The notes under the pieces are model-generated. The model was not told the origin of the DNA and ran no database searches. It saw only the letters and a program-made list of their open reading frames with translations. From Eubacteriales bacterium (GTDB lineage Bacteria > Bacillota > Clostridia > Oscillospirales > CAG-272): 64,000 nucleotides of DNA. This document shows, piece after piece, positions 35,158-44,400 of this stretch (position 1 is the stretch's first letter; each line of letters starts with the position of its first letter). The DNA lies in assembly GCA_045643725.1 (NCBI GenBank), contig JAZRFQ010000040.1, forward strand, positions 3,945 to 67,944, written 5' to 3'. The position numbers and the translations under genes are program-made.

Positions 35158-37668
35158 ATGAAAAAATATAAGGTTACAGGCATGAGCTGTGCCGCCTGCT
35201 CGGCGAGGGTCGAGCGCGCCGTTTCGGAGCTCGGCGGAGTTGATGCCTGCTCGGTCAATCTCCTGACCGCTACCCTATCGGTGGACGGCTCTGTCACCGA
35301 GGATGAGATAAAGGCCGCCGTTGAGCGCGCGGGCTACGGCATCGCAGAGAGCGAGAATAAGCCTCGCGGCGCGGATAGATCCGAGGAGAGGCGCATAATC
35401 ACGCGCCTTATCGTGTCGGCGGCGATACTTTTGCCCTTGATGTATCTGTCGATGGGCTACACCATGTGGGGCTTTCCGCTTCCCGCCATTCTCGTTGAAA
35501 ATCCTATCTCCATCGCCATCATTCAGATGGTGCTTGCCGCCGCGGTGATGGTAATAAACCGCAGATTCTTCATAAGCGGAACTCTCGGGCTTGTGCGCGG
35601 CGCGCCGAATATGGACACGCTCGTTGCTCTCGGCTCGTTCGCTTCATTTATTTACAGTGTCGGCGTGATATTCACGATGACCGACCACAACACCGCCCAC
35701 GGCGCGCTTCACGGACTCTATTTTGAGTCGGCGGCGATGATCCTCGTGCTCATCACGGTGGGCAAGCTCCTTGAGGCCAAGGCAAAGGGCAGAACGACCG
35801 ACGCCATCGAGCGCCTTTTGGATCTGACACCCAAGCGCGCGACGGTCATTCGCGAGGGCCGCGAGATGGAAATTGCCGCCGAGGAGATCGTCAAGGGCGA
35901 CGTTTTCCTCGTCAAAGCAGGCGAGAATATTGCCGTCGACGGCGTTGTCATCGAGGGTAGCGCAACTGTGGTCGAGGCGGCGCTGACCGGCGAGAGCATG
36001 CCTCTCGAGAAGAGCGTCGGCTCGCGCGTTTTCGGTGCGACCTCTTGCAGACAAGGATTCCTCAAATGCGAGGCAACCGAGGTCGGCGAGGACACCGTCA
36101 TCGCATCGGTTATTCGCCTTGTGAGCGATGCCACCGCGTCAAAAGCGCCCATCGCGAAGCTCGCAGACAGAGTTTCAGGCATTTTCGTGCCCGTGGTTAT
36201 GATAATTGCCGCCGTCACGACGGCGATATGGTGGATATTCGGCTCGGCGGGCTTCGGCTACGCACTGGCGCGCGGCATTTCGGTGCTGGTCATCAGCTGC
36301 CCCTGCTCGCTCGGACTCGCAACGCCCGTTGCCATTATGGTCGGCAGCGGAGTCGGAGCAGGTCGCGGTATCCTCTTCAAGACGGCAGAGTCGCTTGAGC
36401 TCTCGGGCAGAGCGCGCATCGTCGCCTTTGACAAGACGGGAACGCTCACAGAGGGTGAGCCCACAGTCACCGACGTTATCCCGACGGCAGAGGTCACGGG
36501 AGACGAGATAATTCTCCTCGCCGCATCGCTCGAGCACGCAAGCGAGCACCCTCTGGCAAGAGCCATCGTAAGGCGCGCCGAGGGCGCAAAACTTAACACG
36601 GTATTGGACTTCGAGGCAAAAGTTGGCTTTGGAGTCACGGGAAAAATAGAAAATCGCACTCTCGCCTGCGGTAACCCCACATTCATATCGACTGTTGCGA
36701 GGATCGACGATGAGGCCGAGCGCATCTGCATAAGACTTGCCGCAGAGGGCAAGACGCCGATGCTTCTCGCGCGCGACGGCGAGCTTCTCGGCATTATTGC
36801 AGCTCGCGATGAGATAAAGTCGTATGCAAAGGATGCGGTCTCGGTGCTCTCGCGTATGGGTATCAGAGTTGTGATGCTCACGGGCGACAACGAGCGGACC
36901 GCACGCGCGATCGCCGACGAGGTCGGTGTCAGCGAGGTCTACGCAGGAACGCTCCCGGTCGATAAGGAGCGCATACTCGGCGAGCTCTCGACCGAGGGCA
37001 GAGTGATAATGGTCGGCGACGGCATCAACGATTCGCCCGCACTCGCTCGCGCCGACGTAGGTATGGCCATTGGCGGCGGCACCGATATTGCCATCGATTC
37101 CGCCGACGTGGTGCTGGCAGGCAGCTCGCTCGCCTGCGTTCCCGAGGCCATAGCGCTCTCTCGCGCAACGCTCCGCAACATCAAGCAAAATCTCTTCTGG
37201 GCGTTTATCTACAATACGATCGGCATTCCCGTGGCGGCAGGCGCGCTGATTCCGCTCTTTGGCATTGAGCTAAGCCCAATGCTCGGCGCTCTCGCTATGA
37301 GCCTGTCCAGCTTCTGCGTTGTCCTGAACGCCCTGCGGCTGAATTTCTTTAAATTCAACAAAAAGGACGGCAATTCCGCCGATTTCAACAAAAATAACGG
37401 CAATTCCGCCGAGCTCAACGAAAACGAAACCAAAACTATCGAAAAAGAGGTAAAGAAAATGACAAAAACCATGAAGATCGAGGGAATGATGTGTCCTCAT
37501 TGCGAGGCGAGAGTCAAGAGCACACTTGAGGGACTCGCAGGCGTTGAGTCTGCAGAGGTCAGCCACAAGAGCGGCACCGCCGTAGTGATCCTCGCGGCAG
37601 ATATAGACTCGTCGGTGCTTGCCGATGCCGTCACCGCCCAGGGCTACAAGGTCCTCGACGTAGAATAA
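35158..37668 (+). CDS. copA: Copper-translocating P1B-type ATPase with N-terminal and C-terminal HMA domains
   Basis: GMSCAACSARVE (HMA), SCPCSLGLATP (CPC), DKTGTLT, GDGINDSPAL, and a second HMA (MKIEGMMCPHCEARV) at the C-terminus. Confidence 0.95.
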   Translation: MKKYKVTGMSCAACSARVERAVSELGGVDACSVNLLTATLSVDGSVTEDEIKAAVERAGYGIAESENKPRGADRSEERRIITRLIVSAAILLPLMYLSMGYTMWGFPLPAILVENPISIAIIQMVLAAAVMVINRRFFISGTLGLVRGAPNMDTLVALGSFASFIYSVGVIFTMTDHNTAHGALHGLYFESAAMILVLITVGKLLEAKAKGRTTDAIERLLDLTPKRATVIREGREMEIAAEEIVKGDVFLVKAGENIAVDGVVIEGSATVVEAALTGESMPLEKSVGSRVFGATSCRQGFLKCEATEVGEDTVIASVIRLVSDATASKAPIAKLADRVSGIFVPVVMIIAAVTTAIWWIFGSAGFGYALARGISVLVISCPCSLGLATPVAIMVGSGVGAGRGILFKTAESLELSGRARIVAFDKTGTLTEGEPTVTDVIPTAEVTGDEIILLAASLEHASEHPLARAIVRRAEGAKLNTVLDFEAKVGFGVTGKIENRTLACGNPTFISTVARIDDEAERICIRLAAEGKTPMLLARDGELLGIIAARDEIKSYAKDAVSVLSRMGIRVVMLTGDNERTARAIADEVGVSEVYAGTLPVDKERILGELSTEGRVIMVGDGINDSPALARADVGMAIGGGTDIAIDSADVVLAGSSLACVPEAIALSRATLRNIKQNLFWAFIYNTIGIPVAAGALIPLFGIELSPMLGALAMSLSSFCVVLNALRLNFFKFNKKDGNSADFNKNNGNSAELNENETKTIEKEVKKMTKTMKIEGMMCPHCEARVKSTLEGLAGVESAEVSHKSGTAVVILAADIDSSVLADAVTAQGYKVLDVE
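37354..37413 (+). repeat. Two tandem 30-bp copies inside copA (linker before the C-terminal HMA domain)
   Basis: TTCAACAAAAAGGACGGCAATTCCGCCGAT and TTCAACAAAAATAACGGCAATTCCGCCGAG. They encode FNKKDGNSAD and FNKNNGNSAE. Confidence 0.85.
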
Positions 37669-37686
37669 TGTAAACCAAACTTTACA
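37669..37686. repeat. 18-bp palindrome family copy (TGTAAACCAAACTTTACA)
   Basis: Starts on the nucleotide after the copA stop codon (37666-37668). Confidence 0.65.
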
Positions 37687-37695
37687 AAATGGCGA

Positions 37696-37726
37696 AAAAG
37701 CCACGGCAAGAGCCGTGGCTTTTCTG
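37696..37726 (+). terminator. Rho-independent terminator after copA
   Basis: AAAGCCACGG-CAAGAG-CCGTGGCTTT stem followed by TCTGTTC. Confidence 0.8.
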
Positions 37727-37769
37727 TTCTGATATTATGGTTGAAGCTCGCCTCTCCTTGTGCTGAAAT

Positions 37770-38120
37770 CTACCTATAATACTTTATTCGGCATCTGCCG
37801 TCCTCGGTGAAGGTCTCGATCTCGTATTTGAGCGCGCCCGATTTGTAGATCTCGTCGTAGATCTTTTTGAGATCGTCGGTTTTGCCGTCGACAACGATCC
37901 AGCCGTCGTCGGGCAGGTCGATCTGCAGGTCAGCGCCCGGGGTCACGCCTTCTTTCAGACCGATTGCGTAGGAGATCACGCCGTTTTGCCACAGATAGCC
38001 GAGGCCTGCGAGATTCTCGAGGCCGTATATGTCCGCCATCTCGTCCCAGAATGCGCCGATCGTGTTGTATTGATCCTCGTTCATCAGCGAGAAATCCCGC
38101 GATATACCGACAAAAAGCAT
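37770..38120 (-). CDS. Short GyrI-like/Cass2-type effector-binding domain protein
   Basis: 116 aa. The pattern IGAFWDEM...GLGYLW...YAIGL...DLPDDGW.VV.GK...IYDEIY....KYEIE.F resembles the family. It is shorter than a full GyrI-like domain. Confidence 0.4.
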   Translation of the reverse strand: MLFVGISRDFSLMNEDQYNTIGAFWDEMADIYGLENLAGLGYLWQNGVISYAIGLKEGVTPGADLQIDLPDDGWIVVDGKTDDLKKIYDEIYKSGALKYEIETFTEDGRCRIKYYR

Positions 38121-38139
38121 ATTTGCCTCCCAAAAGTCT

Positions 38140-38742
38140 TTATTCAGCAGATTTGTCTATCAGAATCGCTCTGCAGGGCGAGCCGTCTGCGCCCGACAGA
38201 TTCAGCGGCGCGGCGGATAGAAAATATACGCCCTCTGCAACGTCGGCAAGGCGGATTCCCTCAAGGAGTGCGACCTCGGCAGAGAGAAGCATCTTGTGCA
38301 CCGCCATGGGCGCATTTTCGGGTCCGACGGACTGCGACTCGACTCCGAGGAGCAGGATTTTCGCATCGGCAAAGACCTCTGCCGCCTCAAGCGACACCTC
38401 GGCGTCTCCCTTGATGAGTATTCTTCTTGCGGCGGCGGGATCGCCCTCGGCGGCGAGCTTTATTATTCGCGCGGCATCCTCTGCGGTCAGGACTCCGCGA
38501 TGCTCTGCGACGAAGGCCGAGCCCACAAAGTGATCAAGGCTCATCGCATCGACCGACTTGCCATCCCCGAGAAAGTGCGATGGGGCGTCTATATGCGTGC
38601 CGTTATGCGCGCACATACTGAATGCCGTCAGATTATATAAGTCGCCCGCCTCGATAGAGGAGAGCACTCTTTTTTGGGGCGCGGGATCGCCGGGATATAC
38701 CCGACAGCCGAGCACCTCTTGAGAAATATCGTATATTTTCAT
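38140..38742 (-). CDS. Cyclase-family protein (kynurenine formamidase-like)
   Basis: HNGTHIDAPSHF metal-binding motif in a 200-aa protein. Confidence 0.75.
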   Translation of the reverse strand: MKIYDISQEVLGCRVYPGDPAPQKRVLSSIEAGDLYNLTAFSMCAHNGTHIDAPSHFLGDGKSVDAMSLDHFVGSAFVAEHRGVLTAEDAARIIKLAAEGDPAAARRILIKGDAEVSLEAAEVFADAKILLLGVESQSVGPENAPMAVHKMLLSAEVALLEGIRLADVAEGVYFLSAAPLNLSGADGSPCRAILIDKSAE

Positions 38743-38772
38743 GGTTTTTCTCCAAGCTTAATTGTTGTCTAT

Positions 38773-38801
38773 ATTGTGCCACAAAATCTGCAAAAAGTCA
38801 A
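38773..38801 (-). promoter_or_regulatory. Candidate promoter of the cyclase/GyrI-like gene pair
   Basis: On the minus strand: TTGACT, 17-nt spacer, CACAAT, with an upstream TG. Confidence 0.45.
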
Positions 38802-38871
38802 CATGGGTAGGGGGATATTACCGAAAAAACACCTGCAAATCCCTGGAAAGTTAACACGGGTGGTGGGATAT
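38800..38871. repeat. Two 19-bp direct repeats, 53 bp apart, upstream of the cyclase promoter
   Basis: AACATGGGTAGGGGGATAT (38800-38818) and AACACGGGTGGTGGGATAT (38853-38871), identical at 16 of 19 positions. Confidence 0.6.
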
Positions 38872-38897
38872 CGGTAAGATTTGTCGGTTTATACGCG

Positions 38898-38925
38898 GAA
38901 AGCCACGGTTTTTGCCGTGGCTTTC
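38898..38925 (-). terminator. Hairpin downstream of array copy 1 (terminator-like, no clear U-tract)
   Basis: GAAAGCCACGG/CCGTGGCTTTC stem. The arms are the same as in the copA terminator. Confidence 0.5.
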
Positions 38926-38937
38926 GATATATCCTGA

Positions 38938-41205
38938 TTATTTCTTCTCGAGAGTGATCTTACCTGCGGGGAGCTCGACCTTTGCAAAGAGCTCGTCCTC
39001 GCCGACGGTCACGGTCACAGTCTTGTCGCCAACGGTCGCAGACCAAGTGCCGGCTGCGAGGCCGGAGATCATATACTTGGTTGCCGACCCTGTGTCGACG
39101 GTGATCTTCTCGGGGCAGGCGCGAAGATCGCGCACGAAGAGAAGGGCGTAGTCCATAATCTCTGCGCCGAGGACGTCCGCATCCTTGATCTCGCGGATAT
39201 TCAGCATATCAGCGTCGTCCGCATCCTTGACGTACATCACGGAGAGCACGTCGTCGCGGAGATTGCCGAGCTTCGGCGAGATCTCAACTCGACCCCACAT
39301 ATCGGGATCGTCGCCGCCGCCAAAGTACTCAAGATCAAGCTCTGTGGGCGAGATATACTGTGCGACGAGGCTTGCGCCATCGTTCTTTGCCACAACAGTG
39401 TTGCCCTCGATGGCAGGACCGGGCTGGGTGTGAAGAAGAATGACCTTCTTCGCGCTCTCGCTCGTTGCCACGATGGAGTCATAGGTCGCGAAGATGAGCG
39501 GATTCTTCTCGGACTCGGGGAATACCGCGAGCATTCTGCGCGAGAGGTACTCGACCTCGCGCTCAAGATCGTACGCGGGCGCGTTGTTGCCTGCAAGGTA
39601 GGCGTATTCGCACACGCCATCGCGGACTTCGTACTTCACGCCCTCGGGAATACCGATTCTGTAGCCCTCCTCTGCAAGCCAGGAGGCGTTAGTGCGCGTT
39701 TCCTTCATCTTGCGCTGGCTGCCGTGGTAGCTGTCACCGTTATCGAGCTCGGGCACCTTGATAAGAATGCCGTTGTGGGCGAGGGTAGACTGCTGATTCG
39801 CGTGCGAGGCCGTGCCGTAGAGGGTGTAGTGGCCAGAGTCGATGGAGAGCATACCCTTGTAGAAGAGCTGGAAGGTTCCTGCATCTCTGTGCTCGTGGTT
39901 GGCCGTGGAGCGCTCGCCCGACTTCATATACACGGCGGGAGAGGTCTCGTCGTCCCATCTTCTGCGTGCGATGATTCTGTGCTGGGGGGCGCAGTTGTAG
40001 CATACGGGAGAGAGTCCCGCGTGTCTGTCGTCCGCAGGCTTGAGACCGTCGGCGACGAGAATGAAGAACTCCGAGGGCATCATCGAATATGGACCCTCAT
40101 AGGAGTAGGAATAGTCGGGTCTGTGGTACTTATACTCGGCGCGGAGAGTCGCATCGCCCGAAAGGGCAGAAGCCCAAAGCGCGCAGGTAGTAAGGGTAAA
40201 GCCTGCTCTCTTGTAGCCGCCGTGAACGCCGTCGCCCTCCGAGAAGTGTTGACCGCTTGGGAGCTCGTAGCAGTAGAGCGAGCGAGGTGCCTGTGCGAGC
40301 TCGGGGATATAGGGGCTCTCGCCGTAGAGAACCTTGTTCGCATAGGCGGAGTAGAGGTCAAAGTGAAGTCTGAAGGGCGCGTAGGTGGGGTTACCTTGGG
40401 GCGCACAACCGCACTTGTAGTAGTAGTTTCTCTGCACGAGATATTCGTTATAAACTCTCGCCGCTATGTACTCCCACCAGTCGGGGCACTCGTCATAGAC
40501 CGCAACCGCCATAGAGAAGTAGTCGCGAAGAAGCTGTCCCTCCGAGCCGTGACCCGAAACGCATCCCTGATCGCGGGGAGGATAGCCTGCCTCCATCTTG
40601 TTAGGGCTGCCGTAGATCTTGAAGGGCTCGGTGCCCATTCCAACGGCAAGACCGCAGGTGCCTGCACAAGTGTAGTTGATAACGCCGGCGAAGATGCGGT
40701 GACGCTCGTCCTCGGTGAGAATGTCGTAGCACCAGTCGTAGACCTTTGCGGCGACGAGCATTACCTGACCGTACTCACGGCACTGGTCGGAGAATATGTA
40801 GCGTATATTAAGGGTCAGAAGATAATTCTGCAGAGCGTCGATAGCCTTGTAGCCGAGCTCGCGGTCGCCTGTGATGGCGTACATAAACGCCTTTGCCTCG
40901 ATGGAGACGATGCCGCGCGCGTCAAAGTTGTGCACGCCGCGTCTGCCGGGGAAGCCCTCAACGCCGTGCATATAGGGAATACCGAGCACGCCGTCAAAGC
41001 TATCTGCACACAGATCGTCGATCTGCGCGCGTACTGCCTTGTATTCGGGATCGTCAAGCGCCTTTTTAATCGCGGGAATATTCTCCTTTGTGAAGAGAAG
41101 TCTCGGATGCACGCCTGCCTTGGGAAAGGCGGGAGCCTTGCCAAACTCGGACTCACCGATAGGAATTATAGGTCCAAAGTCAAGATTTTGGAATTGTTTT
41201 CTCAT
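38938..41205 (-). CDS. Heparinase II/III-like (polysaccharide-lyase fold) protein, array copy 1; no signal peptide
   Basis: 755 aa with GVHPRLLFTKENIPAIKKAL, KVYDWCYDILTEDE, STANHEHRDAGTFQLFYKG and HNGILI. It has its own promoter and a downstream hairpin. Confidence 0.7.
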   Translation of the reverse strand: MRKQFQNLDFGPIIPIGESEFGKAPAFPKAGVHPRLLFTKENIPAIKKALDDPEYKAVRAQIDDLCADSFDGVLGIPYMHGVEGFPGRRGVHNFDARGIVSIEAKAFMYAITGDRELGYKAIDALQNYLLTLNIRYIFSDQCREYGQVMLVAAKVYDWCYDILTEDERHRIFAGVINYTCAGTCGLAVGMGTEPFKIYGSPNKMEAGYPPRDQGCVSGHGSEGQLLRDYFSMAVAVYDECPDWWEYIAARVYNEYLVQRNYYYKCGCAPQGNPTYAPFRLHFDLYSAYANKVLYGESPYIPELAQAPRSLYCYELPSGQHFSEGDGVHGGYKRAGFTLTTCALWASALSGDATLRAEYKYHRPDYSYSYEGPYSMMPSEFFILVADGLKPADDRHAGLSPVCYNCAPQHRIIARRRWDDETSPAVYMKSGERSTANHEHRDAGTFQLFYKGMLSIDSGHYTLYGTASHANQQSTLAHNGILIKVPELDNGDSYHGSQRKMKETRTNASWLAEEGYRIGIPEGVKYEVRDGVCEYAYLAGNNAPAYDLEREVEYLSRRMLAVFPESEKNPLIFATYDSIVATSESAKKVILLHTQPGPAIEGNTVVAKNDGASLVAQYISPTELDLEYFGGGDDPDMWGRVEISPKLGNLRDDVLSVMYVKDADDADMLNIREIKDADVLGAEIMDYALLFVRDLRACPEKITVDTGSATKYMISGLAAGTWSATVGDKTVTVTVGEDELFAKVELPAGKITLEKK

Positions 41206-41268
41206 TTTTTACCCCTTTTTGAAAAAGAAAGACTGTCTTTTTAAATATTTAAAATTTATTACAAGTCC

Positions 41269-41296
41269 ATTATACCCGAAACAAAAAATAATACAA
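41269..41296 (-). promoter_or_regulatory. Candidate promoter of array copy 1
   Basis: On the minus strand: TTGTAT, 16-nt spacer, TATAAT. Confidence 0.5.
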
Positions 41297-41373
41297 GAGA
41301 AAAATCGGCATTTTGTTCAAGTTCTACAAACAAATTTGTTGGTTTTGCACAATTAAAATTTTCGAAGACCGAC

Positions 41374-41413
41374 GAAAAAAAGGAGCTATGCGAGGCAGGA
41401 CCTCGCATAGCTC
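41374..41413 (-). terminator. Rho-independent terminator after array copy 2
   Basis: 13-bp stem GAGCTATGCGAGG/CCTCGCATAGCTC, followed on the minus strand by CTTTTTTT. Confidence 0.9.
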
Positions 41414-41426
41414 ACAAGGGAACTTA

Positions 41427-44400
41427 TTAGTCAAAAATGTTGCCTCTGTATACGCCGATCTCGCCGATCTTGATCGAGCCGCTGCCTCCTACCGACTGAA
41501 AGTCGAAGTAGCGAGTGGTGATGTAGGAGAGCCATTCGAGAGTGGTCTCCGCGCCCGACCTGGGATCAAAGTATACCGAGGAGGGAGTGCCGTCCGCGGT
41601 GTAGTAGACGATTCGGCTCGTCTTGAAGTTGACGAAGAATTTGAACTCGGTAAGCTCGGTTGTGAGCTCGCCGACCTTCTTCTCGCCGCCGTGAAGCACG
41701 TTGCCGTCGGCATCTACGGTGAAGATCTCTCTGAAGTTGTTGCCGCTCTTGCCGTCACGGAGTCTGAAGCTGATCGCGAGAGGCTTTTCGCCCTCCACCT
41801 TTGCGAGAGTGATTCTGTAGGATACTCCAGTCTCGCCGCCGAGAGCGTCGTAGAGGTTCGCCATAGCCTGCAGCTGTGCACCGTTTGTGGTGTCAATACG
41901 AAGATAGTCGTCGGTCGCGTCCTTTACCGTGTAGAAATCAGCGTAGGTGTTAGCCGTGCTGTATCTGATATTATTGACGGTAACGACCTCGTTCGGATGA
42001 TCGAGGATGGTGGTGGAGAAGTCCTCGAGCATGATCTGGTACTTTGCGAGCTCGTCGTTTTCTTCTGTTCCGCTGCCGCTCGAGCCGCCGGTACGGGTGA
42101 GAGTTACGTTACCTGCAGGAGCTGTGAAGGTGAGAAGTCCGCCCTCGGCGGTCGCCTCATAAGTGCCGATCACATTGCCGTTTACCTTGACCTGCCACTC
42201 ACCTGCCATAACGCCGGAGACGTAGTAGTCGAGGTTGCCCGATCCTGCGGTGGTGCAGGAGAGAGTGCCGCTTGCGCCGCCTCTCGCGATTGCGAAGAGG
42301 CCTGCGATCTTGCCGTCGAAGACTCCGCCCTCGAAGCCCTGTGCATTGGTGATCTCTTCGATCGAGGCGTAATTTGTGTTGCCCTTATCGGTGACGTAGA
42401 GAACGTTCATAAAGGTTGCAGCCGCCTTGCCGCCGGTGTGGACGATCTCGACTCTGCCCCAATGTCCGTCATCGACGGTCACACTCTGGGGAACGAGCTG
42501 CTTGCCGTTTACGAGATAGTTCTGCGACTTGGATGCGTCGTAGCTACCGCTGTTTCTGCCGCCGTAGCTATTGAGCTTAACGGTGTCGGTCAGAGATGTG
42601 AGCACGAGTCTGCCGCTACCGTTCTCGGTTACGACGGTCTTGTCCGTGTTATTAACTGTGGGAGCATTCGGCGAGCTGATCTGGAGCAGGAAGCGCTTCT
42701 CGTAGCTTGCCTGCTTTGCGGTGATATCGTCGAATACGAAGAACGCCATCGGGAACTCGGCGTCGCCCGTGAAGACGGTGAGCATTCTTCTGCCGACGTA
42801 GGATACCGTGTTGGAGTGATATGCCGCCGTGATGTCACCTGCCGAGTAGGTGTAGAGAGGTGCACTCTTGCTCTCGTCGGTGTATGCCGACTGATGAGCG
42901 AGGATGGTACCCGTTCTCATCTCGGAGCTTGTAAGCCAGGCGTTAAGATCGGTGGGCGAGCTGCGCACGTTACGCTGACCGCCCGAGTACCAGCCACCGT
43001 CCTCGGATGCTCTTGCGGGATTATAGATTATCAGACCGTTGTGAGATATTGTCGCCTGATGGAAGTATTTCGTGTGTGCGGCGCTGTAGTTGTTATACGA
43101 GCCGCCATCGGAGGTGAGCATACCCTTGTAGTATATCTCAAAGGTACCTGCATCGGCGTGATCGTGGTTACCCGTGGTGCGCTCTCTGATACGCGTGAAG
43201 ATGACTATGGAGTCGGGCGAGTTCCAGGAGGAGTGAACGAGGTAGTCTCCGAGAGGCGCGCCGTTGTAGGTGATGAGGTCGAGGTCCTCATATCTGTCCT
43301 CTGCGGGGCTGATGTCGGAAAGACCCGTGAGAGCCATATAGATGGGATTGTTGATGCCCATGTATCCGCGCTTGTGTACTCCGCAGGAGAGCGTCTTGCC
43401 TCCGAGAAGCACGTCTGCGTGAGCGAGCACCGTCTCATCCGCGTAGAGATATGCCGAGATGTAGGCGATATCCATATATCTGAAGCCGTCGACGGTGTCA
43501 AGACCGCCGTCGCCGTCGCCGAGAAGTCTACCGGGGGTGACCTCGTAGGCAAGACAGCTACGCAGAACCTGCTCCATATTTACGTATGGGTTCGTGCCTG
43601 TTGCGGTCTTGAGTATCCACGCCGAGAAAATGTCACCGACGAATCTCGCGGTAATGTAAGTACCCGTGCCCTGAGGCGTCATACCCGACTGGTAGAAGTA
43701 GTTACGCATAGGAACGTAGTCGTTGTAGACTCTGCCGCCGATGTAGTTCCACCAGGAGTTGTTGTCACCGTAGATCGCAACGGCAAAGGAGAGATAGTCA
43801 CGGAGAACGATATACTCGCTCGCGTGTCCCGAAACCGAGCTGCCGCCCGTGGGAGGGAAGCCGTACTCGGTCTTCTTGCCTGCCTGGTTAGTACCGCGGC
43901 ACAGACAGTTCTCAACACCTGCGATAAACTGTACCTTGTCCTCTGCGGTGAGAAGATCGTAGCACCAGTCGTAGACGAGAGCCGCCGTGAGCATAACGTA
44001 GCCGTAGTCACGGCACTGGTCGCTTGCCATCTTGGCGATGTCGAGAGACTTCAAGAAGTTCTTCATATAGAGGATCGCCTGATAGCCGTAATAATCGTTG
44101 TCATAGGCGAGATAGCCGAGAGCCTTCGCCTGAATTATCTCGAGATATTCGTACTCAAGGTTGTGTACGTTGTTGGTGCTGACGGTGGGGTTAGTACCGT
44201 GATCGTAGGCCGCACCGAGTATACAGTCATTGATGATAGTCGAAGCAAGGAGCGTCTGGAACGCCTTTGCCTGCTTGTCGCCTGCCTCAAGGCTCTTTCT
44301 GATCTCGGGGATCATATCCGAGGTGATGAGAAGTCTCGGATGATCCGCCGTGGGAGTCGTGGGAGGCACGCCCCAAGAGGGATTTCCGATATTCGCGGTA

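Noticed and set aside
38805-38818. GGGTAGGGGGATAT as a CsoR-like box, given the nearby copA.
   Set aside because: It is not palindromic (two G-runs on the same strand). It occurs as a direct repeat upstream of a different promoter.
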